A stretch of 64,000 nucleotides of DNA from the NCBI RefSeq assembly GCF_009914755.1, contig NC_060939.1. One strand, written 5' to 3'. This document shows positions 48,358-64,000 of the stretch, piece by piece (the first letter of the stretch is position 1; each line of letters starts with the position of its first letter). A program made the position numbers and the translations under genes. This DNA is from the human T2T-CHM13v2.0 reference genome, Homo sapiens. The notes beneath the pieces were generated by a model that saw only the letters and a list, made by a program, of their open reading frames with translations, did no database searches and was not told the DNA's origin.

Positions 48358-51300
48358 TTTTCAATTATAGAACATACCCGTGAAAGGAAACATGCAAATG
48401 ACCAGACAGTCATTTTTTCAGATGAAAACCAGATGGACCTGACATCAAGTCACACTGTAATGATTACCAAAGGCCTTTTAGATAATCCCATAAGTGAAAA
48501 GTCCACCAAGATAGATACCACATCATTTCTAGCTAATTTAAAGCTTCACACCGAGGACTCAAGAATGAAAAAAGAAGTAAATTTTTCCGTGGATCAAAAC
48601 ACTTCTTCAGAAAATAAAATAGATTTCAATGACTTCATAAAAAGATTGAAAACAGGAAAATGTAGTGCTTTTCCTGATGTGCCTGATAAAGAAAATTTTG
48701 AGATACCTATTTATTCCAAGGAACCGAACAGTGCCTCTTCTACACATCAAATGCATGTATCTCTTAAGGAAGATGAAAATAACAGTAATATTACTAGGCT
48801 CTTTAGAGAAAAAGATGATGGGATGAATTTCACCCAGTGTCATACAGCCAATATTCAGACATTGATTCCCACATCCAGTGAGACCAACTCACGGGAATCT
48901 AAAGGTAATGATATTACAATTTATGGCAATGACTTTATGGACTTGACATTTAACCACACTTTGCAGATCTTACCTGCAACAGGTAATTTTTCTGAAATAG
49001 AAAATCAAACTCAGAATGCCATGGATGTAACAACAGGTTATGGAACTAAAGCTTCAGGAAATAAAACAGTTTTTAAGAGTAAACAAAATACTGCTTTTCA
49101 AGACCTTTCCATAAACTCTGCAGACAAAATACATATTACCAGAAGTCATATTATGGGGGCAGAAACTCACATAGTCTCACAGACTTGTAATCAGGATGCC
49201 AGAATATTAGCCATGACCCCAGAATCTATATATTCTAATCCATCTATTCAAGGTTGTAAGACTGTTTTCTATTCTAGTTGTAATGATGCCATGGAAATGA
49301 CCAAATGTCTCTCAAATATGAGAGAGGAGAAAAATTTGCTAAAGCATGACAGTAATTATTCTAAAATGTATTGCAATCCAGATGCTATGTCTTCTCTCAC
49401 AGAGAAAACTATTTATTCCGGAGAGGAGAACATGGACATTACCAAGAGTCATACAGTTGCAATAGATAATCAAATTTTTAAACAAGATCAATCAAATGTG
49501 CAAATAGCAGCTGCACCAACACCCGAAAAAGAAATGATGCTCCAAAATCTTATGACCACATCAGAAGATGGGAAAATGAATGTAAATTGTAACTCAGTTC
49601 CTCATGTATCTAAGGAAAGAATACAGCAGAGCCTGTCAAATCCTTTGTCTATTTCATTGACTGATAGAAAGACTGAACTCTTATCAGGTGAAAATACGGA
49701 TTTGACTGAAAGTCACACAAGTAACTTAGGAAGTCAGGTTCCTCTTGCAGCTTATAATCTAGCACCGGAGAGTACCAGTGAATCTCACTCTCAGAGCAAA
49801 AGCTCTTCAGATGAATGTGAAGAAATTACCAAAAGTCGTAATGAACCATTTCAGCGATCAGACATAATAGCCAAAAACAGCTTAACCGACACCTGGAACA
49901 AAGACAAAGATTGGGTTTTGAAGATTTTGCCCTACCTTGATAAAGATTCTCCTCAGTCAGCTGATTGTAATCAGGAGATAGCAACAAGCCATAATATAGT
50001 CTACTGTGGTGGAGTTCTTGATAAACAAATAACTAATAGAAATACAGTATCATGGGAACAATCTTTGTTTTCTACCACAAAGCCATTATTTTCATCAGGA
50101 CAGTTCTCTATGAAAAATCATGATACTGCTATAAGTAGTCATACAGTGAAATCTGTACTAGGCCAGAATTCTAAACTGGCTGAGCCACTGAGGAAAAGTT
50201 TAAGCAATCCCACACCTGACTATTGCCATGACAAGATGATTATATGTTCAGAGGAAGAGCAAAATATGGATCTAACAAAGAGCCACACTGTTGTCATTGG
50301 ATTTGGTCCTTCTGAACTACAAGAACTTGGTAAAACTAATTTAGAACACACTACTGGCCAGCTAACAACAATGAACAGACAGATAGCTGTAAAAGTTGAA
50401 AAATGTGGTAAAAGTCCCATAGAAAAAAGTGGAGTGCTTAAATCTAACTGTATTATGGATGTGTTAGAGGACGAAAGTGTACAGAAACCTAAATTTCCAA
50501 AGGAAAAGCAAAATGTCAAAATTTGGGGAAGGAAAAGTGTTGGTGGACCAAAAATTGATAAGACGATTGTATTTTCAGAAGACGATAAGAATGATATGGA
50601 TATCACTAAGAGTTATACAATAGAAATAAACCATAGACCTTTATTAGAGAAACGTGATTGTCATTTGGTGCCATTGGCAGGAACTTCTGAAACTATTTTA
50701 TATACATGTGGGCAGGATGACATGGAGATCACTAGAAGTCACACAACTGCCTTAGAATGTAAAACTGTCTCACCAGATGAAATAACTACTAGGCCTATGG
50801 ACAAAACTGTAGTGTTTGTAGATAATCATGTTGAACTAGAAATGACAGAGTCCCATACTGTTTTCATTGACTACCAAGAAAAGGAAAGAACAGACAGACC
50901 TAACTTTGAACTATCCCAAAGGAAAAGCCTAGGAACACCAACAGTGATATGTACTCCTACTGAGGAGAGTGTTTTCTTTCCAGGAAATGGTGAAAGTGAC
51001 CGTCTAGTAGCAAATGACAGCCAGCTAACCCCTCTGGAGGAATGGTCTAATAATAGGGGCCCTGTAGAGGTAGCTGATAACATGGAATTGTCTAAATCAG
51101 CCACTTGCAAAAACATCAAAGATGTACAAAGTCCTGGATTTCTGAATGAACCTCTATCAAGCAAAAGTCAGAGAAGAAAAAGCCTTAAGCTAAAAAATGA
51201 CAAGACCATTGTATTTTCAGAGAATCATAAAAATGATATGGATATTACCCAGAGTTGTATGGTGGAAATAGATAACGAAAGTGCCCTGGAGGATAAAGAG

Positions 51301-53358
51301 GACTTCCATTTGGCAGGGGCTTCTAAAACTATTTTGTATTCATGTGGGCAGGATGACATGGAGATCACTAGGAGTCACACAACTGCCTTAGAATGTAAAA
51401 CTCTCCTGCCAAACGAAATAGCTATTAGGCCCATGGACAAAACCGTATTGTTCACAGATAATTACAGTGATCTGGAAGTCACCGATTCCCATACTGTTTT
51501 CATTGACTGTCAAGCCACAGAGAAAATACTTGAAGAAAACCCTAAATTTGGAATAGGAAAAGGAAAAAACTTGGGTGTTTCCTTTCCTAAGGATAATAGC
51601 TGTGTTCAAGAAATCGCTGAAAAACAAGCACTGGCTGTAGGAAACAAAATAGTTCTTCACACCGAGCAAAAGCAACAACTCTTTGCTGCTACTAATAGAA
51701 CTACTAATGAAATCATCAAATTTCATAGTGCTGCTATGGATGAAAAGGTCATAGGGAAAGTTGTAGACCAGGCCTGTACATTGGAAAAAGCGCAAGTTGA
51801 AAGCTGTCAGTTAAATAATAGAGATAGAAGAAATGTGGACTTTACAAGTAGTCATGCAACTGCTGTTTGTGGATCCAGTGATAATTATTCCTGTTTACCA
51901 AATGTTATTTCCTGTACTGATAATTTGGAGGGTAGTGCCATGCTCTTATGTGATAAAGATGAGGAAAAAGCCAATTATTGCCCAGTGCAAAATGATCTTG
52001 CTTATGCAAATGATTTTGCCAGTGAATATTACTTGGAATCTGAGGGACAGCCTCTCTCTGCTCCTTGTCCTTTGTTAGAGAAGGAAGAAGTTATTCAAAC
52101 CAGTACCAAAGGACAGTTAGACTGTGTTATAACACTGCACAAAGATCAAGATCTGATTAAGGATCCACGAAATCTATTGGCTAATCAAACTTTAGTATAT
52201 AGTCAAGATCTGGGGGAGATGACTAAACTTAATTCAAAGCGAGTATCTTTTAAGCTTCCAAAGGATCAAATGAAAGTCTATGTTGATGACATTTATGTTA
52301 TTCCTCAGCCTCATTTCTCAACCGACCAACCTCCATTACCTAAAAAAGGACAGAGTAGTATCAATAAAGAAGAAGTAATACTGTCTAAAGCTGGAAATAA
52401 GAGTTTAAATATTATAGAAAATTCCTCTGCACCCATATGTGAAAACAAGCCCAAAATACTCAATAGTGAGGAATGGTTTGCTGCAGCCTGTAAAAAAGAA
52501 CTGAAGGAAAATATTCAAACAACTAACTATAATACAGCTCTAGATTTCCACAGTAACTCAGACGTAACTAAGCAAGTCATTCAAACTCATGTCAATGCTG
52601 GAGAAGCACCAGATCCTGTAATTACATCTAATGTTCCATGTTTTCATAGTATCAAACCAAATCTGAATAATTTGAATGGAAAAACTGGAGAGTTTTTAGC
52701 CTTTCAAACTGTTCATCTACCACCCCTTCCAGAGCAATTACTTGAATTAGGAAATAAGGCACACAATGATATGCATATAGTGCAAGCTACAGAAATACAT
52801 AATATTAACATAATCTCCAGCAATGCTAAAGATAGTAGAGATGAGGAAAATAAAAAGTCTCATAATGGAGCTGAAACCACCTCTCTACCGCCAAAGACAG
52901 TTTTTAAAGATAAAGTAAGGAGATGTTCTTTGGGAATCTTTTTGCCTAGATTGCCCAACAAGAGAAATTGTAGTGTCACTGGTATTGATGACCTGGAACA
53001 GATTCCAGCAGACACAACTGATATAAATCACTTAGAAACTCAGCCGGTCTCTAGCAAAGATTCAGGCATTGGATCTGTTGCAGGTAAACTGAACCTAAGT
53101 CCTTCTCAATATATAAATGAGGAAAATCTTCCTGTATATCCTGATGAGATCAATTCTTCAGACTCTATTAACATAGAAACTGAGGAAAAGGCCTTGATTG
53201 AGACATACCAAAAAGAGATTTCACCATATGAAAATAAAATGGGAAAAACTTGCAATAGCCAAAAAAGAACGTGGGTACAAGAAGAAGAAGATATTCATAA
53301 GGAGAAAAAAATCAGAAAAAATGAGATTAAGTTTAGTGATACGACACAAGATCGGGAG
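48358..53358 (+). CDS. KNL1: KNL1 giant exon 11 (5001 nt, 1667 codons): MELT repeats, KI1 and KI2 motifs
   Basis: attatag| acceptor and GAG|GTGAGC donor. KI1 KIDTTSFLANLK at 48508-48543, KI2 KIDFNDFIKRLK at 48616-48651. MELT-like motifs at 48433, 48823, 48937, 49021, 49291, 49432, 49696, 50266, 50596, 50722, 51082, 51238 and 51358, many followed by SHT. Confidence 0.98.
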
Positions 53359-53862
53359 GTGAGCTCTGTCTTGAACCAAAGAATGTTCTTGAATTTTGGG
53401 TTTTGTTTTGTTTTCTTAAATTGTGGGTATTCTCAAATTTTAATCTTAGTCTCGGGTAGGCAGAAAATAATTATTTCCACTTAGAGGGCTGGAGAAATAT
53501 TCTTATGTAGAACCTTCAGAAATTAATTGACTAACAGCTAGACTTCAAAGCAATTTAAAGTGACAAATAGTCACAAAAAAATTAAATGGAAAATTGTACA
53601 AAAAGTAGCCAAAGTTAAAATTGTATAATTTCAAAAATTTCAAAAGGTATGTATACTGTCACCTCTAGTGATTTGTCAATTTGGCTTTATATAAGAATCT
53701 CTAGGGAGGTTATATATAGCTTGAAAAGTCATCTTCAGTGTTGTTATATTTGGGGAGTAAAAAGCTTTTTATTTTGCCAACTGCATGAAGTAAAGCTTGA
53801 CTGAATTTCCTTGGCTGACAAGGATATGTAGAAGTTGAGAGTCCATTTTCTTTATTATTTAA

Positions 53863-54204
<342 letters not shown>

Positions 54205-54292
54205 TAAATATATAGATTATCTGCTATGTCTTAGGCACTGTTTTATGTGCTGGGAATGCAGAGAAAAATCTGCTGTCATGGAGTTTACATAA

Positions 54293-54831
<539 letters not shown>

Positions 54832-55125
54832 TAAACTCCTGATCTCAAGTGATCCACCTTCCTTAGCCTCCCACAATGTTGGGGTTACAGGCGTGAGCCA
54901 CAGCGCCCAGCCCCCTTAATAGCATTTACATAAAAGAATATATTGTTTTCAGCCAGGCGCGGTAGCTCATGCCTATAATCCCAGCACTTTGGGAGGCCAG
55001 GGCAGGTTGATCACGAGATCAGGAGATCAAGACCATCCTGGCTAACACGGTGAAACCCTGTCTCTACTAAAAATACAAAAAATTAGCCAGGCATGGTGGC
55101 GAGCACCTGTAGTTCCAGCTACTCA

Positions 55126-55308
<183 letters not shown>

Positions 55309-55786
55309 TTAAAATAGTAAAAGCAGGACCACATAACTTATTCAGCTAAAGAAGTCTTGGTCAGCTGGGGAGGAAAGTAGTAAAGCCTGGAAATAAGTTT
55401 ATTGTCTGGACTCTAGCCAGGGCCACCACATACAGCCAATATTCTAGTCTGGTTTTCTGCAGTGTGGTTGCCCTGCTGTTGGTGGCTAGTAGTTGAATAA
55501 TTGGATAGGTGAACATTTGATAGCTTACAGGATCTGATTATAACTTAGATATATAATGAGAAATAATTTGCATACACAGTATAATCCATAGAGTAATTTT
55601 CAATAAAATTACTTTTAACTCTAATTAAAGGCTTAAGATGTTTGTTACTTATTCTAATTCTTTACTAAGATATTTCATATGAATTATAGATTAATTGTAT
55701 GTTAGAAGTAGTATTTCTGTTAGTGTTTGTCGTAAGTATACAGTGTATATTTTATTCTGATGATATTCCTTAATTGACAATTTCAG

Positions 55787-55925
55787 ATTTTTGATCACCA
55801 TACTGAAGAGGATATAGATAAAAGTGCTAACAGTGTATTGATAAAAAACCTGAGCAGGACCCCATCTAGTTGCAGCAGCTCTCTGGATTCAATCAAGGCT
55901 GATGGGACCTCTCTGGACTTCAGCA
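55787..55925 (+). CDS. KNL1: KNL1 exon 12 (139 nt): IFDHHTEEDIDKSANSVLIKNLSRTPSSCSSSLDSIKADGTSLDFS
   Basis: tttcag| acceptor, GCA|GTAAGA donor, in frame with exon 11. Confidence 0.93.
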
Positions 55926-56327
55926 GTAAGAGCTTCATGAAGGCTAAATAATAGCAGCCATCTGCTTACTTAACTAATAATAAGTAGTTTTCAGTTCAGG
56001 AAATATTTGAATGTTGTATATGCCTTTTTGGGGTTATAAAAAGTTGATCAGTAAAATAATATTTAGTTTATTTTTAATTCTTAGTTTGTAATGCACTGAG
56101 AAGTGACATACTACAGAGAAATAGAGTGATTTCCTTCATGGGCTTATAATTAGTGGAGAAACACTGGAGCCTTAAAACTATAATATACTTTGCCCTGCTA
56201 CATGACTGTCTTCCCAGAAAGATCCCAATGGGTAGCTTCAGGATCAGAAACAATCTGAATGATAACCACAATTAAGTTCACAGTTTAGTTTTGACTTGTT
56301 CGTCACCAGAATTTGCTTTACTTCTAG

Positions 56328-56395
56328 CTTACCGCAGTAGTCAAATGGAATCACAGTTTCTCAGAGATACTATTTGTGAAGAGAGCTTGAGGGAG
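56328..56395 (+). CDS. KNL1: KNL1 exon 13 (68 nt): TYRSSQMESQFLRDTICEESLRE
   Basis: ttctag| acceptor, GAG|GTATGT donor. Confidence 0.93.
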
Positions 56396-56989
56396 GTATG
56401 TTAAAATTCTTTTTCTTTTTTTTATTTATAAAGAAAAGAGGTTTAAACGTCTCATTTCTAATACACGTAATATTCTTGGTTTAAAAAATTTTTTTTAATT
56501 ACGAAATATTTCAAATATACAGAAGACTACTTTTCTTTGTTAAAGATCCAACATAACAATTAATTAAATGGAGTAGAAGTCATGATTAAAAGGTATTTGT
56601 TTTGGCCGGGCATGGTGGTTCATGCCTGTTATCTCAGCAACATGGTGCCTGAGGGAAGAGAATCACTTGAGCCCAGGAGTTCAAGGCTGCAGTGAGCCAT
56701 GATCACACAACTGTACCCCAGGCTGGGTGACAGAGCAAGGTCTTGTCTCAAAAAAAGAGAAAAAAATGATGTATCTTTTGGGTTTTGGGATTTTTAAAAC
56801 TCTATTTGTTATTCAATAACCTTAAGAAATGATCTTAGATAAAATCTGCTCATGTATAGCCTGCAGATATCTGGATAATATTTCCATAAATGTATACAAG
56901 ATACCTTAAGCTTTTAGAAACAAATGAAGTGGTTATATCAAAGTGAAATCACATTGAATGGTCATGCAAACTTTTTTTTCTTTTCTCAG

Positions 56990-57088
56990 AAACTCCAAGA
57001 TGGGAGAATAACAATAAGGGAGTTCTTTATACTTCTCCAGGTCCACATCTTGATACAGAAACCCCGACAGAGCAATCTCCCAGGCAAT
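56990..57088 (+). CDS. KNL1: KNL1 exon 14 (99 nt): KLQDGRITIREFFILLQVHILIQKPRQSNLPGN
   Basis: ttctcag| acceptor, AAT|GTAAGT donor. The gene continues beyond the window. Confidence 0.93.
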
Positions 57089-57179
57089 GTAAGTGCAGTT
57101 TCTTGGCAAAATGTTTGCATCAAAGCAAACATTTATTTAAAAGCACAAAAAGAATGGAAGAGAGCAAATTTTCCTATAG

Positions 57180-57332
<153 letters not shown>

Positions 57333-58155
57333 TGAGTAGCTGGGACTACAGGCGCGTGCCACCACACCCGGCTAATTTTTGTATTTTTGTAGAGACAGGG
57401 TTTCACCATATTGGCCAGGCTGGTCTTGAACTCCTGACCTCGTGACCCACTTGCCTCAGCCTCCCAAAGTGCTGGGTTTACAAGCGTGAGCCACTGCGCC
57501 CGGCCGAGAGTTTTCTTATAGTAGAGAGATTTGTGGTTAGCATAAACAAAAACCAAAAATTTTCACATGGATTTTTTTAATCATGGATTTCGATAAGATA
57601 AAATTTGAATTTTCCCTTCATTCCTTGCCATCTATTTTTTTGATACATTTTCCTGATTACAGAACTAACATGGGCTTTTTTCCTCCATTATAAAAATCTA
57701 AGGGTAGCAGAGGTTTTTAATGAACAGTTTTCAAAATCAAAAATATGTAAACTGGATACAGTGGCAGGTGCCTGTAATCACAGCTACTCAAGAGGCTGAG
57801 GTGGAAGAATCACTTCAACACAGGAGTTTGAGGCCAGCCTGGGCAACATATCAGTATCCTGTCTCAAAAAATTTAAGATCATAGAATATTTGAATAATAC
57901 AATCAACGCTCTCAATTGAAAAGATTAATAGAAAAACTTATATTCCTTACATAGGAATGTTTTTTGTCTTAAGGCTGTCAGACATTTCCAAAAGTTAGTT
58001 ATACTCTTGGCCACAAAGAAAACATTAATAAATAAAAAAATGGAGGTTTTATAGAGACTACATCATCTAATCTTGATCCAATACAATTAGAACTTATAAA
58101 AGAACCAAAACATTCTGAGATTCTTAGAAATTAAGAAACACAATATCTTGTAGAT

Positions 58156-58975
58156 GAAGCATCCCCAACCCCTGGGGTTAGGAACTGGGCCAAACAGCAG
58201 GAGGTGAATGGTGGTGGAGTGAGCAAAGCTTCATCTGTATTTACAGCCACTTCCCATTGCTTGCATTACCAACTGAGCTCTGCCTCCTTTCAGATCAGCA
58301 GTGGCATTACGTTCTCACAGAAGCACGAACCCTATTGTGAACTGCACACATGAAGGATCTAGATTGTGTACCCCTTATGAGAATCTAATGCATGATGATC
58401 TGTCAGTGCCTCCCCACCCCCAGATGGGACCCTCTAGTTGCAAGAAAATCATCTTAGGGCTCCCACAGATTCTATATTATGATGAGTTGTATAATTATTT
58501 CATTATATATTACAATGTAGTAATAATAGAAATAAAGTTCAGACTGGGCATGGTGGCTCACACTTGTAATCCCAGCACTTTGGGAGGCCCAGGCAGACAG
58601 ATCGCCTGAGCTTAGGAGTTCAAGACCAGTCTGGCCAACATGGCTGAACCCGTCTCTAAAACAATACAAAAATTAGCTTGGCATGGTGGCACACACCTGT
58701 AGTCCCCGCTACTCAGGAGGCTGAGGTGGGAGGATGGCTTGAGCCCAGGAAGTGAAGGTTGCATTAAGCCAAGATTGCACCACTGCACTCCAGCCTAGGC
58801 AACAGAGCCGGACCCTGTCTCAAAAAATAAAAATAAAAATAAATAAAAATAAAATAAAAACAAGTTCACAATAAATGTGCTTGAATCATCCTGAGACTAT
58901 CCCCTCTTCCTGGTCCTTGGAGGAATTGTCTTCCATGAAACTGGTCCCTGGTGCCAAAAAGGTTGGGGACTGCTG
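58156..58975. mobile_element. MER1A (hAT-Charlie) with an Alu inserted at ~58541-58860
   Basis: Ends atccccaacccc / ggttggggactgctg. 8-bp TSD TTGTAGAT / TTGTAGAC. Confidence 0.8.
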
Positions 58976-60670
58976 TTGTAGACAACATAGTTGGGTAAAA
59001 AAAAAACAGGAAACACTTCTAGATAACTCCTAGATCAAAGAAGTCGAAAATATTTCTTAGTAAAGGAGAATATTTAATGGCTAGTCTGTGGGACATACAG
59101 CAAAAGCTATACTTAGCAGGAATTAAAAGCCTTAGATATCTTTGTTGTCGTGGAGTCTAAAATTAAAGAAATTTTTATTTATTTATTTTTTATTTTTAGA
59201 GACGAGATCTTGCTATGTTGCCCAGACTGGTCTTGAGCTCCTGGGCTTAAGCAGTCCACCAACCTTGGCCTCCTAAAGTGCTAGGATTACAGGCATGAGC
59301 CACCGTGCCCAGCCAAGATATTAATACTCATAATATCCACAAAAAAGATAGGAAGATAGAATTAATATAGGTAAAAAGTAGAGCTAATGAAATAGAAAAC
59401 AAAAATTGTTGGAAAGGATAAATCCAGGCCAGGCATGGTGGCTCACACCTGTAATTTCAGCACTTTGAGAGACCAAGGCGAGAGGAATGCTTGAGCTCAG
59501 GAGTTTGAGACCAGCCTCGGGAAAATAGGGAGACCCTGTTTCTACAGAAAATTTTAAAATTAGCCAAGTGTAGTGGCCTGTGCCTGTGGTCCCAACTACT
59601 CAGGAGGCTGTCATGGGAGGATCTCTTGAGCCCAGGGGTTCAAGGCTGCAGTGAGCTATGATTGTACCACTGCCCTCCAGCCTGGTCAACAGAACAAGAC
59701 CCTATCTCAAAAAAAAAAAAAAAAGAATAAATCCAAAAGCTATACTTTGAAAAGACAATAAAATAAGAAAACTCCTGAAGAGTCTAATTAAGAAGAAATA
59801 AGCAGCTGCGCACAGTGGCTGGTGTCTGTAATTCTAGCTATGTGGGAGGCTGAGGAGGGAAGATCACTTGAAACCAAGAGTTCAAGACCAGCCTGGGCAA
59901 CATAGCGAGACCCCCCCCCCCACCCACATCTTTTAATTAAATAAGTGAATGAAAAAAGAGAAAGCTAAAATATAGAAGATTAAGAAAGAAAACGTACTCA
60001 TAGATTAAAAGAGACTAAAATAATTTTTTGTTGGGTGCCATGGCTCACATCTGTAATCCCAACACTTTGGGAGGCAGAGGCGGGAGGATTGCTTGACCCT
60101 AGGAATTTGAGACCAGACCAGGCAACAGGTGAAATCCTGTACAAAATGAAATAATTAGCCAGGCCTGGTAGCATGTGCCTGTAGTCCCAGCTACTCGGGA
60201 GGCTGAAGTGGGAGTATGACTTGAGCCCAACAGGCAGAACTTGCAAGGAGCCAAGATTGTACCACTGCACTCCAGCCTTGGAGATAGAGCCGGACCCTGT
60301 CTCAAAAAAAAACGAAGAAAGTGAAAAGGCAACCCACAGAATGTGAGAAAACAGTTGAAATCATACATCTGATAAGAAGCTTTATCCAAAATATATAAAG
60401 AACTCTTACAACTCAATAATAAAAATACAATCCAATTTAGGCCTGGCTTGGTAGCTCATGCCTGTAATCTTAGCACTTTGAGGGGCCTAGACTAGAGGAT
60501 TGCTTGAGCTCAGGAGTTTGAGACCAGCCTGGGCAACATAGTGAGACCCCATCTCTATTTAAATAAATAAATAAAACATAGTGAGACTCTGTCTCTATTT
60601 AAATAAATAAATAAAATACGACCCAATTTAAAAATGATCAAAGGATCTGAAAAGATATTTTTCCAAAGAA

Positions 60671-62089
<1,419 letters not shown>

Positions 62090-62680
62090 TGAGCCACCAC
62101 GCCTGGTGCGTGAATATACTTTAAAATTCGTTTAATTGTATACTTAAATGGATGGATTGGATTGTGTGTGGATTATATCTCCATAAAGCTGTTTAGAAAC
62201 AAATCAATTACTGGAGAATTATATATTTGAATGTGAAAGGTAAATCAAGGATAGAAATTGGGAAGATGGGCACACAACTCTTTTGGGCCTCAGCCTCATT
62301 ACCATGATAGCTGCCAGTAGAATCCTCTTGCCTCAGCTATAGATAGGGAGGAGAAAGGAGCTTAGGTGTGCATCCAGGGGCTGATACTCTTTCTACTTTT
62401 CTTATAAAGGGAAAGTAGAAAGAGTATTAGGAGACCAAGACCAAACAGAGGAGAGCAGAGGGGAAGGATAGGAACAGGGAGGATGTTGGCAGGGTGAAGG
62501 AGGGAGAGGATGCTTTAGGAATTGATCCTTGACAAATTGATGTTATGAATCTTCCCCTTTCCTCCCAGGTCTTGCTGAAGTCAGGAGGGGTAGTGATAGG
62601 AAAATATATCTGGGAACAAACCTATCAAAATGGAAAGAGTTCAGGGTACTTCGGGAAAGAAGTTGAAAATCCCAAAATAG

Positions 62681-62991
<311 letters not shown>

Positions 62992-63076
62992 TGATCTGCC
63001 CACCTCAGCCTCCCAAAGTGCTGGGATTACAGGCTTGAGCCACCATGCCCGGCCTGTTTCAGGATTTGTTTTTTGA

Positions 63077-63235
<159 letters not shown>

Positions 63236-63670
63236 TAGTAGAGGCAGGGTTTCCCTGTGTTGGTCAGGCTGGTCTCAAACTCCTGACCTCAGATGATCCG
63301 CCCGCCTCAGCTTCCCAAAGTGCTGGGATTATAGGTGTAAGCCACCACACCCACCTGGGGAATGTATTCTTGAGGCAGGGGGAGAGATGTGTGCCAGCCC
63401 TCATAGACATGTACACACCTCCCATATATACGTACAGTTGCAGGAACTCAGTTGGCGGCACTAGCAGAAGGTGCTATTGTAGAGGCCCATGACCCCCTGC
63501 ATGCTCATGTAGTGACTCAGGCCAAAGCACTAGAACTCACATCTCCTAGTAAGGGTGAGGATCTGTTTTTGTTTTTTGTATTTTTTTGAGACGGAGTCTC
63601 GCTCTGTCACCCAGGCTGGAGTGCACTTCCCGGGTTCAAGTGATTCTCCCTGCTTCACCCTCCCCAGTAG

Positions 63671-63901
<231 letters not shown>

Positions 63902-64000
63902 TAAGTTGGACACTACTTAATCATAGTAAGTCCAGGAGAGGAGGGTGGCTTTACACATGGTGCTGAATTCAAGGTGCAGCAATTAATCTACCCACTGCAT

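Noticed and set aside
50220-51795. Antisense ORFs within exon 11
   Set aside because: Shadow frames of a long coding exon with no independent signals.
48433-53484. 1683-aa ORF as a stand-alone intronless gene
   Set aside because: It is KNL1 exon 11: the acceptor is at 48357/48358 and the donor at 53358/53359. The Met at 48433 is the first MELT residue.

Overview
Human genomic DNA, recognisable as the RPUSD2 - tRNA-Ser(GCT) - KNL1 (CASC5/AF15q14) locus on chr15q15.1. The window holds the last coding exon of RPUSD2 (+, 1221-1955), then about 19 kb of Alu/L1/LTR-rich intergenic DNA. A tRNA-Ser-GCT gene (-, 21550-21631) sits head-to-head with the CpG-island promoter of KNL1. KNL1 exons 1-14 follow on + (~21975-57088, gene continues beyond the window), including an Alu-derived 78-nt cassette exon and a 5001-nt MELT-repeat exon. 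All coding exons were joined by hand through GT-AG sites and give one open frame. Almost all other ORFs in the track are Alu artefacts. I found no convincingly new gene system. The best second-look items are: the mechanism of the Alu exonisation and its adjacent inverted Alu; the exon-11 read-through isoform with an intronic ATTAAA; a second KRVSF PP1-type motif; a MELT-disrupting allele; a near-identical duplicated MELT module; the tRNA/CHR-MYB promoter architecture with repeat-amplified Pol III terminators; and several informative nested transposon events.
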